NCBI GenBank assembly: GCA_963821525.1
Contig: CAWGED010000004.1
Coordinates: 192,001 to 256,000 of the forward strand
Length of the DNA: 64,000 nucleotides
Direction: 5' to 3'
DNA from: an uncultured Gemmatimonadales bacterium
GTDB lineage: Bacteria; Gemmatimonadota; Gemmatimonadetes; Gemmatimonadales; GWC2-71-9
Below, piece by piece: positions 1 to 12,324 of the stretch. The notes under the pieces are model-generated. The model saw nothing but the letters and a program-made list of their open reading frames with translations, did not search any database and was not told where the DNA came from. Position 1 is the first letter of the stretch; every line of letters starts with the position of its first letter. Made by a program: the position numbers and the translations under genes.

Positions 1-513
1 CTGCTGCACGAGATTGATGGTGTTGAGCAACTGCGAGATTCCCTCCAGCGCGTAGTACTCGCACTGGATCGGGATGATGACTCCGTCGGCCGCTGTCAGC
101 ACGTTGAGCGTGATGAGTCCCAGCGAAGGCGGGCAATCGATCAGAATGAATTCGTAGGAGCCCTTGACCGGGGCGAGTGCGCGGCGGAGCACCGTTTCGC
201 GCTCACGGCGATCGACCAGTTCGAGCTCGGCGCCCACCAGATCCTGCGTCGCCGGCAGAACGTCGAGGAAGGGCAGCGCGGGGTCATTGATAATGATGTC
301 GCCGGCCGGACGGCCCTCGACGATGGCGTCATACAAGGCGTAACGAATGGTTTCCCGGCGAATCCCCATTCCGCTCGTGGCGTTGCCCTGGGGATCGGCA
401 TCGACCAGCAGGGTCTTCCGCTCTGCGATGGCGAGGGACGCAGCGAGATTCACCGCGGTGGTCGTCTTCCCCACCCCGCCCTTCTGGTTGGCGATCGCGA
501 TGAGTCTTGCCAT
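1..513 (-). CDS. parA: ParA/Soj chromosome partitioning ATPase (3' end outside window)
   Basis: Manual translation from ATG at 513: [28 protein letters not shown]...DADPQGNAT...IDCPPSLG...[12 protein letters not shown]; deviant Walker A. Confidence 0.95.
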   Translation of the reverse strand, partial: MARLIAIANQKGGVGKTTTAVNLAASLAIAERKTLLVDADPQGNATSGMGIRRETIRYALYDAIVEGRPAGDIIINDPALPFLDVLPATQDLVGAELELVDRRERETVLRRALAPVKGSYEFILIDCPPSLGLITLNVLTAADGVIIPIQCEYYALEGISQLLNTINLVQQ

Positions 514-627
514 TTATCTCGTAAAGTATTTGATTGCAGAGAGTTAGCAAGTATCACTCGAAAATATCGAACGGCGGCGGCAGTTAGAATATAGATCCAA
601 ATGCTCTAACAGCAATGGAATGGGCCG

Positions 628-643
628 CGTTTCACGTGAAACG
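628..643. promoter_or_regulatory. parS: parS centromere-like site 1
   Basis: Perfect 16-bp palindrome CGTTTCACGTGAAACG matching parS consensus TGTTTCACGTGAAACA, just upstream of parA. Confidence 0.9.
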
Positions 644-690
644 GGTCGAGTTGGCGCGGTTTTGGATGGGTTGGTTGCGGCTCTGAGGGG

Positions 691-2595
691 TCACGCCGGA
701 TCGGCGGGGAGTTTCACGTGAAACAGGGGTCCCGAGCGGCGACGCCACTTCGCGAGCTCAATGAGCAGGTTCTGGAGATCGCTCGGTGAGACTCCAGGGA
801 TCCTTCCAGCCTGCGCCAGCGTCGCCGGCCTGATGGCGGTCAGTTTTTCCCGCGATTCGAATGAAAGAGACCGAAAGCTCCGATAAGGGGCGTCGGCGGG
901 AAGCTCAACCGATTCCATCCGATCGAGTCGTCCAGCTCCGGCCCTTTCCCTTTCCAGATAACCGGAATACTTCAGCTCAATCTCAGCCCACTCCAACGCG
1001 GAGTCGGAAAACCCTGCTACAGGCTGCCTAGCCAGGAGATCCTTATAGCGAATCCCCGGGCGCCGAATCAGGGCCGCCATGCGCACCGGCTCCTCAATCG
1101 GGGCCGACTGATTGAGTGCCAGCAGGTCGTTTACAGCTTCGGGCGGCAGTGGCGGTCTCGACCGCGAGGGCGAGAGCTTTGTCCTGCTCCTCAAGCTGAG
1201 TGGCCGCCTTCCTCGACTCACCGTCGGTCAGCAGACCCAAGCCCTCTCCGATCTCAAATAGCCGCCGCAGTGCGTTGTCTTGGCGTAGGAGTAGTCGAAA
1301 CTCCGCTCGAGAGGTGAACATTCGGTAGGGTTCGTCGACCCCACGGCTGACCAAGTCGTCAATCAGTACCCCGATCATCGCCTGGTCACGACGCAGGACG
1401 ATCGACTCCCGCTCCAGCGCTGCCCCAGCTGCATTGATTCCGGCGACGATCCCCTGCGCCGCAGCCTCCTCGTACCCCGTTGTTCCGTTGATCTGGCCAG
1501 CGAAGAAGAGTCCGCCGATCCCTCGCACTTCCAAGGTCGGCTGGAGCTGGGTCGGCGGGAAATAATCGTACTCGATCGCATACCCCGGACGGGTCATGCG
1601 CACCTGCTCGAGTCCGGGGATTGAGCGCAGGAACTCTACCTGAACCGCGTGGTGGCAACGAGGTCGAGAGACCATTCACATACAGCTCGGAAGTCTCCAG
1701 TCCCTCTGGCTCGAGGAAGACCTGGTGCCGCTCTGCATCGGGGAACTTGACGATCTTGTCTTCGATCGACGGGCAGTAGCGAGGGCCTCTCCCGCTGATG
1801 GCACCGCCATACAGCGCCGACTGGTAGCAGGTGTTCCTGAATGATGCGCTTGAGCTCAGGTCCCGCCCACGCGAGATAACACGGGAGCTGGGGAAGTCGG
1901 TCAGGTCGGTCGAAGAACGAGAACCAGTAGGGCTCCGTCTCCCCGTCCTGCCGCTGAAAGCGACTCAGGTCGAGGCTCCGCCCGTCGATCCTCGGAGGGG
2001 TCCCTGTCTTGAAGCGTTCTATTGTAAGTCCTTCTCTCCCAAGTGCTTCCGCTATCTCAACGGCGGGAGCATCACCCGCTCTGCCCGCAGGGATCTGAGT
2101 GTCGAGGCCAAGGTGAATCCGGCCCCTCAGGAAGGTCCCCGCAGTAAGGATCACTGAACGCGCCCCAAGACGCCGGCCCTCGCGGGTCACCACAGCGCGA
2201 ACCCTTCCGCCTTGTACCGCCAGGTCGGCAACCGTGCCCTGGAGAAATTCGAGGTTCGGCTGAGCCTCCAGCAGCGATCGCACCGCACGACGGTAGAGGC
2301 CACGATCGCACTGCGCCCGTGGAGACCAGACCGCTGGTCCCTTGGAGCGGTTGAGCATCCGATACTGAATCGCGGCGAGATCAGTCGCCCGCCCCATGAC
2401 CCCGCCCAGCGCATCCACCTCCCGGACCAGGGTGCCCTTCGCAATCCCGCCGATTGCCGGATTGCACGACATCTGACCGATGGACTCGAGACTCTGGGTC
2501 AGGAGAAGGGTGCGCGCGCCGCGGCGGGCCGCGGCGTTAGCCGCCTCGGCGCCGGCGTGCCCGCCGCCGATCACGATGACGTCGAATTGCTCCAT
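691..2595 (-). CDS. mnmG: tRNA uridine-5-carboxymethylaminomethyl modification enzyme MnmG (frameshifted in assembly)
   Basis: [70 protein letters not shown] across several frames. Confidence 0.95.
710..725. promoter_or_regulatory. parS: parS centromere-like site 2 (inside mnmG 3' end)
   Basis: AGTTTCACGTGAAACA, 15/16 match to consensus. Confidence 0.9.
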
Positions 2596-2681
2596 GGGCC
2601 ACAAAATAGCAGGGGCGGCCGAGCCGGTCGCCCCTTTAGCCTCCTGTCGTCCTTTGTCGTCCCCGTTCCCTGAGCCCGCAG

Positions 2682-4000
2682 TTACGCCGTCCTCACCCAC
2701 CTCCAGAGTTCCGCCAGTCCAGGCCGCTTCCCGTAGGCAAGGATGCCAATCCGATAGATCCGGGACGCGATCCAGCACATGATCAGGACACCCGCGATTG
2801 TCGCCAGGATGGAGAGCAGCAGTTCCACCAGCGGCAGGGGCGCAACGGAGTAGCGAATTGGTGTCGCGAAGGGAGCGGTGAACGGAATCAGGCTGAGCGT
2901 ACGAGCCAGGGTACTATTGGGGTCATTCATCAGCGGGAACATCGTCATCAGGCCGAGCACAATCGCCGATGGTGACGGGATGTTGGGTCTGGTTGGCGTC
3001 CTGCTGGCTGCTGCACATGGCCCCGACGGCGGCATACAGCGAGGCGAAGAGGAAAAAGCCCAGCACGAAGAAGAGAAGAAAGACCGCCAGTAGCGGGAGC
3101 GTGACCGTCGGGAGCTGCACGCCCTTTGCCGCATCGCTCGACATGTGCAGGATCGAGAGAATCGGCGCGACGTTGGCGGTGAGGTACAACCCCGCCATGG
3201 CCCAGATGCCCAGCTGGAACAATCCAACGGAGGCCACCCCGACGACTTTGCCGAGCATCAGCTGAAACGGGGTAACGCTCGAGGCGAGGACCTCGACAAT
3301 GCGCGACGTCTTCTCCTCGAGGACCGAGCTCATCACCTGAATCCCGTAGAACAGCAGTGCGAAGTACATCATCAACGTCATGACATACACGAGGAAGAAG
3401 GAGGATTCTCCCGATTCCCCGGTGAGCTTCCCGTCGGTGATCTTCGAGGTGACAAGCTCTACCTGCCCCGACGCCTCCTGGACGGCCTCGGCCCCCACGC
3501 CTTGTCGCACCAATCTCTCGGTGAGCACGACCGGCCGGAGCGCGGCCTGCAGGTTACCCATTTCGCTAAGGCTCCCGACATTGCCGCCGTAGTAGGGAAT
3601 CTCACCCGAGGCGAGAGCGTCCTCGGTAACCAGGAGGAACCCGTCGAGCTTTACCCGGGACCTCCTCCCGCTTCCCGGTCAGCGGAATGAGGGAGTCCTT
3701 CACCGCATCGATTCGTCCAGGCGCGGCGGTGATTCGCTCAACGCGATACTTCTGAGCTGCGGAGGCGCCGGTTCCAACTTTGACATCCCGAAGCGCCGCC
3801 TCGACCCGCGCGCCGAACGACCCTTGGGCCGCGTCCACTACGGCGATGCGCCAGGTCCCGGCCCCCCGGGTCGAGAGCACGATCTGCCCAGCGATCATCA
3901 GGGTAAAGAAGAGAGGGATCAATACCGTGCTGATCACGAAGGCGCGGGTCCGCACCCGCTCCCGGAATTCCCGGGTGACGACGGCGAGGAACTTACGCAT
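2682..4000 (-). CDS. ABC-2 type transporter permease (NatB/YhaP-like), frameshifted
   Basis: MRKFLAVVTREFRERVRT..., SVLEEKTSRIVEVLASSV..LMLGKVVG, C-terminal ASRIYRIGILAYGKRP; three ORF pieces. Confidence 0.85.
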
Positions 4001-4949
4001 GGACTTCCTCCCGGGCCGGCGCCACCGCCGCTTCCGCCCCAACCTTGGCAATGAAGATGGATTGCAGGGACGGCTCGACAATCTCGAATCGGCTCAGCCC
4101 AACATCCGCATCGACCAGGGCCCGGAGTAGCCGATCGGGATTTCCGTCGCTCGCGAGTTCGACCTCGGCCGACCCGCCATAGTCATCGGCCCGGGCAACC
4201 AGCGCCGGATCCCGGAGGATCCTCGCGGCGCTGGCCTGGTTCCTCGTGAAGACCAGCGCTACATGCCGGGTGCCGAATTCACGCTTTACCTCGCTGAGCG
4301 CTCCGTCGAGAACCTTCTCCCCTCTGGCGATGATGGCGACCCTGTCGCACATCCGTTCTGCCTGCTCCATGATGTGAGTGGAGAAGAGCACGGTGCGACC
4401 CTCCCGGGCGATTTCGACCACCACGTCCTTCATGAGCTGGCTGTTGACGGGATCCAGCCCGCTGAACGGCTCATCGAGGACGACCAGCTCCGGGTCATGC
4501 AACAACGAACCGATGAACTGGACTTTCTGCTGCATGCCCTTGGAGAGATCCTCGACCTTCTTTCTGGTCCAATCCCCCAAGCCGAGCCGCTCGAGCCAGG
4601 TCCGGGCGCGCCGCACGCTGTCGAGGCGCCGCAGCCCGCGGATTTCTCCCAGAAATGCCAGCTGGTCGAGGACCCGCATCTTCCGGTAGAGCCCCCTCTC
4701 CTCCGGCAGGTATCCGACCCGAGCCGAGAGATCGCGCGCGGCCGCGTGGTTGCCGAACAGGCGGACGGATCCGGTGTCGGGAACCAGGATGTTGAGGATC
4801 ATTCGGATCGTAGTGCTCTTCCCCGCCCCATTGGGACCGAGCAGGCCGAAGATGCCGCCGCCGGGAATGCTCAGCGAGAGGTCGCGAACCGCGGTGTGCC
4901 CCGCGAACCGCTTGGTGATCCGATCGACTGTAACGACGGCTTCGGCCAT
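3993..4949 (-). CDS. ABC transporter ATP-binding protein
   Basis: GPNGAGKST, LSKGMQQ, VLDEPFSGLDP; C-terminal EPSLQSIFI; overlaps permease start. Confidence 0.93.
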   Translation of the reverse strand: MAEAVVTVDRITKRFAGHTAVRDLSLSIPGGGIFGLLGPNGAGKSTTIRMILNILVPDTGSVRLFGNHAAARDLSARVGYLPEERGLYRKMRVLDQLAFLGEIRGLRRLDSVRRARTWLERLGLGDWTRKKVEDLSKGMQQKVQFIGSLLHDPELVVLDEPFSGLDPVNSQLMKDVVVEIAREGRTVLFSTHIMEQAERMCDRVAIIARGEKVLDGALSEVKREFGTRHVALVFTRNQASAARILRDPALVARADDYGGSAEVELASDGNPDRLLRALVDADVGLSRFEIVEPSLQSIFIAKVGAEAAVAPAREEVHA

Positions 4950-5089
4950 GATTCGCCCGTCCGGGGGTTGAAGAGGCGCCGCTCCTACGCCGGCCCGTCC
5001 TTCGCAGTTTCGGCGGATTCTGGCCGATCCTTGGCTTGTTTCCTATAATTGCGGCCAAGTACTGGCGAACGGCCTTTCTGATCCAGCCA

Positions 5090-5305
5090 ATGCCCTATGA
5101 AATCATCATTAATCGCGAGCTTTGCGAGAGTAACGCCGAGTGCGTTGCCATGGCGCCGGGGGTATTCGCGCTCGATGATGAGGACTTCTGCGTGGTGGTT
5201 GATCCGGAAGGCGCGAGAGACAAACGCATCCTCGATGCCGCGCGCGCCTGCCCGGTGGACGCCATCACTCTGATCGACCACTACGGCGAACAAGCCTGGC
5301 CCTGA
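5090..5305 (+). CDS. Single-cluster ([3Fe-4S]-type) ferredoxin
   Basis: MPYEIIINRELCESNAECVAMAPGVF...AARACPVDAI; TATAAT at 5044-5049 upstream. Confidence 0.85.
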   Translation: MPYEIIINRELCESNAECVAMAPGVFALDDEDFCVVVDPEGARDKRILDAARACPVDAITLIDHYGEQAWP

Positions 5306-5312
5306 GACGAGA

Positions 5313-5343
5313 AAGCCCTCCGGCTGACTGGCCCGGAGGGCTT
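5313..5343. terminator. Hairpin between convergent ferredoxin and suf operon end
   Basis: AAGCCCTCCGG / CCGGAGGGCTT 11-bp perfect stem. Confidence 0.65.
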
Positions 5344-5369
5344 GATGCATCAGGTTGAGCCGGCGTTCC

Positions 5370-5648
5370 CTACCATTCGGCCAGTTTCGAAATCCGCCCG
5401 ACTACTTCCCGAGGCACGACCAAGTGCCGGTGTTGAGGCCGCACCCCGAACTTGAGGGTACGCGCGATGAACTCCTCCCGGGGTAAGCCGCCCCCTTCGT
5501 TGCGATGCTCCGCCACATCGTGCAGCAAGACCCCGCGGTCGGTCTCCTCGTGATAGCGGCCAACATAGAGGACATCTCCCGTAGTCTCCAGCACGACGGT
5601 GATGCCGTGTAGCTCCGAATGACCGGGGTGAAAGACGTGACCGCTCAC
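5370..5648 (-). CDS. Hypothetical 92-aa His-rich protein, last gene of suf operon
   Basis: GTG start 1 nt after upstream stop; MSGHVFHPGHSELHGITVVLET...YVGRYHE...VLLHDV. Confidence 0.7.
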   Translation of the reverse strand: MSGHVFHPGHSELHGITVVLETTGDVLYVGRYHEETDRGVLLHDVAEHRNEGGGLPREEFIARTLKFGVRPQHRHLVVPREVVGRISKLAEW

Positions 5649-5649
5649 G

Positions 5650-6082
5650 TCAAACCGAACTGGTTGCGCAGAATTTGTCGAACGCCGCCACCAGGTCCTT
5701 GGCGATGTCCTGCGGGCCCCGTCCCTCGATCTGGTGACGATGGACAAAGTGGACCACCTCGCCGTCGCTGAAGAGGGCGAGTGAAGGAGAGCTCGGGAGC
5801 GTAGTCGCTGAAATACTGGCGGGCCCGAGCCGAGGCTTCCAGATCGACGCCGGCGAACACCGTGACCACCCGCTGGGGACGGTTCCCGTGCTGCAGGGCC
5901 AGCGAAAGGCCAGGCCGGGCGCTTCCGGCCGCGCACCCGCACACCGAATTGACGAATACCAGCGTGGTTCCACGCTGGTCACCGAGCGCGGCGTCCACCT
6001 CGGCGACAGTCTTCAATTCCTGGACGCCCATGCGCACCATCTCTTCGCGCATCGGCTGTACCACTCGGGGATCATACGGCAT
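5650..6082 (-). CDS. BrxA/BrxB family bacilliredoxin (frameshift near 5795)
   Basis: MPYDPRVVQPMREEM...VNSVCGCAAGSARPG...TVFAGVD; second frame PSSPSLALF..HRHQIEGR. Confidence 0.9.
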
Positions 6083-6121
6083 TCAGCTCTCCTTGAATGG
6101 GTGCACCGCTCGCGAGCGATG

Positions 6122-6574
6122 CTACTCCGTGGATACTCGCTCTGCTTCCCTGGCCTCCAGCGCCGCCTTCATCGCGTGCCAGGGCAGGCTCGCACATTTC
6201 ACCCGGGCGGGATATTCCCGAACTCCGGCAAACACGGCCAGCCGGGCCGGGAGGTCGTCCGTGGCTCCGGCCTGACCGGTAACCATCCGCTGGAAGCTGG
6301 CGAAGATTTCGCCGGCCTCTTCTTTGGTCTTGCCCTTGACCACCGTCGTCATCAGCGAGGCCGAGGCCTTCGAGATGGCGCAGCCGGAACCCTGGAAGCT
6401 GGCGTCGGCGATCTTGTCTCCCTCGAGCTTGAGCCACACCGAGAGGGAGTCGCCGCAAAGCGGGTTGTACCCGTCCGCGTGGCGGTTGGCTCCTTCCATT
6501 ACCCGGAAGTTGCGCGGCGCGCGGTTGTGGTCCAGGATCAGGCTCTGATAGAGCTCGCTGAGGTCGCCGTTCAT
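6122..6574 (-). CDS. sufU: SUF system NifU-family sulfur-transfer/scaffold protein
   Basis: LYQSLILDHNRAPRN, GYNPLCGD, GSGCAISKASAS, RVKCASLPW. Confidence 0.93.
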   Translation of the reverse strand: MNGDLSELYQSLILDHNRAPRNFRVMEGANRHADGYNPLCGDSLSVWLKLEGDKIADASFQGSGCAISKASASLMTTVVKGKTKEEAGEIFASFQRMVTGQAGATDDLPARLAVFAGVREYPARVKCASLPWHAMKAALEAREAERVSTE

Positions 6575-7831
6575 CCGAACACCTTCCGCACCTCTTCTAG
6601 CGCCTCGACCAGAACGTCCACTTCCTCGCGGAGGTTGTAGAGCCCGAAGGAGGCCCGGACGGTGCCCTGGACTCCGAACCGCCTCATCAGGGGCTGGGCA
6701 CAGTGGTGGCCGGCTCGCACGGCTACTCCTCGCGCGTCGAGCACGGTCCCGACATCATGCGGATGTACCCCTTCAACCGAGAAGGAGAGAACGCTCACTC
6801 TGTCCTTGGCCGTTCCGATGAGCCGGATGCCCGGGAGCTGTCCCACCTGAGCGGTCGCATAGGAAAGCAGCTCCTGCTCGTGCCGCGCGAGGCTCTCGCC
6901 CGCGAGCGTCTGGAAGTAGTCGATCGCCGCACCCAATCCGATCGCCTGAGCGATCGGCGGAGTTCCCGCCTCGAATCGCGCGGGCGGCGGAGCGAAGGTC
7001 GTTCCTTCGAAGGCAACGCGCTCGATCATGCCCCCACCGCCCTGCCAGGGCGGCATCTTCTCGAGCAACTCGAGCCGTCCGTAGAGGAAGCCGACTCCAG
7101 TGGGCCCGTACATCTTGTGGGCTGAGGCGGCGTAGAAGTCGCATCCCAGCTGCTGAACATCCACCGGCAGGTGGGGCACCGCCTGGGCGCCGTCCACTAC
7201 CACCACCGCGCCGCGGGCGTGCGCCAGCTCGGCGATCTCCCGAACCGGATTGACCGTCCCCAGAACGTTACTCACGTGGGCCAAGGCGACGATGCGGGTC
7301 CGCGGGCCGATCAGCCGGGCGAGCGCCTCTCGCTCGAGCTCGCCATGATCGTCCACCGGAAGGGCCCGGACCACCGCACCGGTCTGCTCCGCGATCAACT
7401 GCCAGGGCACCAGATTCGAATGGTGCTCCATCTCGGTGAGAAGGATCTCGTCGCCCGGCTTTAGGAAGCGCCGGCCAAAGCTCCCGGCGACCAGATTGAG
7501 CGAAGCGGTAGTGCCCGAAGTGAAGATGATCTCCGAAGCATGACCGGCATTGATGAACGCCCGCACCTTTTCGCGGGCTTCGTCGTACGCCGCCGTGGCC
7601 TCCTGGCTCAGGGTATGAACACCCCGGTGCACGTTGGCGGCGTGGGTCAGCTCGAAAGTGCTGATTGCTTCAATGACCTGACGGGGACGCTGGCTGGTGG
7701 CCGCGTTGTCGAGATAGATCAGAGGATACCCGCGGATCCGGAGGGCAAGCCCCGGAAAGTCATCTTCTCACACGCTCCGCATCGAACGGGGCGGCGCCTG
7801 CAACGCCGGGAACGCGGGCCGTGGCGGTCAC
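6571..7831 (-). CDS. sufS: Cysteine desulfurase (frameshift near 7765)
   Basis: YLDNAATSQ, SAHKMYGPTG, FEAGTP, RAGHHCAQP; GTG overlaps sufD stop. Confidence 0.95.
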
Positions 7832-9138
7832 GCCTCGGTGCCTTCCTCGAGGCGGGCGTTCACCAGGGATTCCAGCCCAGAACGGAGGGCAGGATAGGGT
7901 AGTTCCTCCAGTATTTCCGCGGCAAAGGCGTAGGTCAGGATCTTCCGGCCCAAAAGCGGACCGATGCCGCGGCTCTTGAGATAGAAAGCAGCCAGCGGAT
8001 CCAGATTTCCCACCGTCGCACCGTGAGTGCACTTCACATCATCGGCGAAGATTTCGAGCTGGGGCTTGGTGTCCACCTTCGCGCGATCGGATAACAGGAG
8101 GTTCCGGTTCGTCTGCTTGGCATCGGTCTTCTGCGCTTCCGGAGTCACGAAAACCTTGCCGTTGAAGATCGCGTGGGCGGTTCCGTCCAGGATGCCCTTG
8201 TAGACCTCGCGGGTCGAGCAGTTGGGTGAGGCATGAAGAATCGAGGTGTGATTATCCACCTCCTGACGCCCGCGGCCCATGTACAGACCGAGCAACTGAC
8301 CTTCGATGCCGGGACCGTTCAGCACCACGTCGAGATTGTTGCGGCAGATGGCGGCCCCCAGGCTGATCGAGAAGCTGGTCGAGTGGCTGTCCCGTTCCTG
8401 GTGGATGTGGGTCGTCCCGACGTGGTAGGCCTGCTCACTCTCCCGCTGGATCTTGCTGTGTTCGAGCCGGGCCCCTTCACCGACGACCGCCTCGGTGACC
8501 GTGTTCACCAGATAGCTGCCGCCCTGAAGCGCGACGAAGCTCTCAATGACCGCCCCCGAGGCGCCAGCTTCGAGCAGAATGAAGTTGCGGGGATAGGCGG
8601 CGGATCCAGCAGTGGAGCCGTCGGAGACGAACACGGCGTGGACCGGCCCGGACATCGCGGCTCCGGCCTTCACGTGGACAAAGACTCCATCGTGACCGAA
8701 GGCGGTGTTGAGTGCGGTGAACCCGCTCTTCTCCATCTTGGCGTATTGTCCGAGGTGGTCTCCCAGCAGCTTCCCATGGGTCCCCAGCGCCGTCGCGAGA
8801 TTGGAGACCGTGACCCCTTCAATCTTGGGGGCCGGTGTCGAGAGTTCCGGAGAAAACCGTCCGTTGAGGAAGACCAGAGCACACCCACCCGGAAGCGAGT
8901 AGAGAAACCGAGCCACATCCTGTGTGGTCAGCGCGGCCGGTGCGACCGGAGCTAATGGAAAGCTCCGCGAGGTGATGGGATTGAGGTTGTTGAACCGCCA
9001 ATCCTCTTCCCGGGCGCCCGGGAATCCCTGGGCCGCAAAACGCTCGATAGCCGAACGGCGCAACCCGGTCAGCCATGGGGCCTTGCTCCCGCCGTTTTGG
9101 GAGGCGGCTTCGAAGTCAGTCAGGTACGCAGTCGTCAC
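7828..9138 (-). CDS. sufD: Fe-S cluster assembly protein SufD
   Basis: EDWRF, FNGKVFV...QKTDAKQTNRNLLLS, KPQLEIFADDVKCTHGATVG. Confidence 0.95.
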   Translation of the reverse strand: MTTAYLTDFEAASQNGGSKAPWLTGLRRSAIERFAAQGFPGAREEDWRFNNLNPITSRSFPLAPVAPAALTTQDVARFLYSLPGGCALVFLNGRFSPELSTPAPKIEGVTVSNLATALGTHGKLLGDHLGQYAKMEKSGFTALNTAFGHDGVFVHVKAGAAMSGPVHAVFVSDGSTAGSAAYPRNFILLEAGASGAVIESFVALQGGSYLVNTVTEAVVGEGARLEHSKIQRESEQAYHVGTTHIHQERDSHSTSFSISLGAAICRNNLDVVLNGPGIEGQLLGLYMGRGRQEVDNHTSILHASPNCSTREVYKGILDGTAHAIFNGKVFVTPEAQKTDAKQTNRNLLLSDRAKVDTKPQLEIFADDVKCTHGATVGNLDPLAAFYLKSRGIGPLLGRKILTYAFAAEILEELPYPALRSGLESLVNARLEEGTEA

Positions 9139-9890
9139 GCTGCCCTCGGCCCCCCAGTCAACCAATCGTATCCCTTGGCCTCCAACTCGAGGGCCAGTTC
9201 CTTGCCCCCCGACTTCACGATGCGCCCGCCGGCGAGGACATGTACGACGTCGGGCACGATGTAATTGAGCAACCGCTGATAGTGGGTCACCAGGATCGTC
9301 GCCTTGTCCGGCCGCCGAAGCTGGTTGACCCCGGCTGCAACAACCCGTAAGGCATCGATGTCGAGCCCGGAGTCGGTTTCATCTAAAATTGCGAGCCGGG
9401 GCTCCAGCACCGCCATCTGGAGGATCTCGTTGCGCTTCTTCTCTCCGCCCGAGAAGCCTGCATTCACCATGCGGCCCAGAATCTCCGGACCCCAATCCAC
9501 CAGCTTCAGCCGCTCTTCGGCCAGATCCATGAAATCGATGGGATCGAGCTCCTCCTCACCTCGCGCCTTCCGGATTTCGTTCAGCGCTGCCCTGAGGAAA
9601 TAGGCGTTGGTGACGCCGGGGATCTCCACTGGATACTGGAAGGCAAGGAAGACCCCTGCCCTGGCGCGATCTTCAGGCTCCATGTCCAGGAGATCCTGCC
9701 CGTCGTAGGTCACCGTACCTTCGGTGACCTCGTACACCGGATGCCCGGCCAGCACCTGGGCCAGCGTGCTCTTGCCGGAGCCGTTCGGTCCCATGACCGC
9801 ATGCACCTCGCCCGGGTTCACCGTGAGCGTGATGCCGTTGAGGATCTTCTTCTCTCCCGCCTGAGCGTGGAGGTTGTTGACCTGTAGCAC
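9135..9890 (-). CDS. sufC: Fe-S cluster assembly ATPase SufC
   Basis: GPNGSGKST, FQYPVEIPGV, GFSGGEKKRNE, LDETDSGLDID. Confidence 0.97.
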   Translation of the reverse strand: MLQVNNLHAQAGEKKILNGITLTVNPGEVHAVMGPNGSGKSTLAQVLAGHPVYEVTEGTVTYDGQDLLDMEPEDRARAGVFLAFQYPVEIPGVTNAYFLRAALNEIRKARGEEELDPIDFMDLAEERLKLVDWGPEILGRMVNAGFSGGEKKRNEILQMAVLEPRLAILDETDSGLDIDALRVVAAGVNQLRRPDKATILVTHYQRLLNYIVPDVVHVLAGGRIVKSGGKELALELEAKGYDWLTGGPRAA

Positions 9891-9929
9891 CGTGAAAATC
9901 TCCCTTGAGTTGCGAAACCTTCGTCTCCC

Positions 9930-11362
<1,433 letters not shown>

Positions 11363-11366
<4 letters not shown>

Positions 11367-12082
11367 GCAGACTCCTCGTTCGACTCACGGTTCCAGGTAA
11401 GGTCGGTCAACTCTCCGGTTTCGGGAAAGCGAACCTTGTATTCACAGGCGGTGCAGCCCTGAAGAATGTGGGCCTCACGTTCCACCGCCGCCGCGAGCAC
11501 CTCGTGCAGGAACTTTGCTTCCGCCTCGCAGATCTCCGGAAATCGCTCGGCCACTGCACGAATGGCACAGTGATGCTCGGTGAGCTTGTATTCGCCGAGT
11601 CCTTCGGTCCATTCCGCCATGAAGCCGCCGTCCGTCAGTGCTTGCCGCACCACTTCTCGACGCCGGGAAGGCGAGGCACCAGCCAGCTCGGCCTGCAGTT
11701 TGTGCGCAAGGTCGGCGAAACGGGTTTCCATGGCGGACACGATGGCGGCTCGGCCAGACTGAGCCGCGAGGCGATCCAGCACATCGGTGAGGAGTTCGGC
11801 CTGCCGCTGAGGAAACAGGCCTTCGCCCTCAGCCGTGAGATGGTAGGCAAAGGTGGGGGCTCCGACTCCACGCTGCTCCCGCCGGTAGCCCACGACCCCT
11901 TCAGCCTCGAGCTCCTTCAAATGATGCCGGACGGCATTGAGGGACAGGCTCAACTTGGTGGCCAGGTCCCGGGCAGTGAGCTGGCCAGCGCGCTTCAACT
12001 CCAGCAGAAGGTCCCCCCGGGGCCCGTGGTAGGCCGCCGGCAAGGGGCTATGTGAGGGCAGGTGAAGGGGTAGCGAGGCCAT
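11363..12082 (-). CDS. sufR: SufR-type HTH transcriptional regulator of suf operon
   Basis: N-terminal HTH ([19 protein letters not shown]), C-terminal HCAI-x-EIC...CTACEY cysteines; first gene of suf operon, ATGA overlap with sufB. Confidence 0.8.
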
Positions 12083-12092
12083 GGCAGCGGGA

Positions 12093-12121
12093 ATCCTAGC
12101 GTCTTAGTCGGCATTTGTCAA
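12093..12121 (-). promoter_or_regulatory. Sigma70-type promoter of suf operon
   Basis: Minus strand TTGACA (12121-12116) -17 nt- TAGGAT (12098-12093), 10 nt before ATG. Confidence 0.75.
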
Positions 12122-12324
12122 AGTAAACGCCAACATATTGGTACGAATGTCGCAAGCGAGATGCTGGCATCGACTTAAGGCAGATTTTGCTTCGGCATTT
12201 TAATGGGGTCTTCTTAGCTACTACTATACAGCGCAAGTACGCCTTTCTCGTTATTGTGGGTTTGGGGTTGAAATAGCAGATTAGACCCAGCTTTTCGGCC
12301 CTCACACGCCAAACCGCGCCGATC

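Noticed and set aside
7760..7762. In-frame TGA near the sufS 5' end as selenocysteine/readthrough
   Set aside because: The downstream DFPG..YLDNAA sequence is in another frame, so it is an indel rather than recoding.
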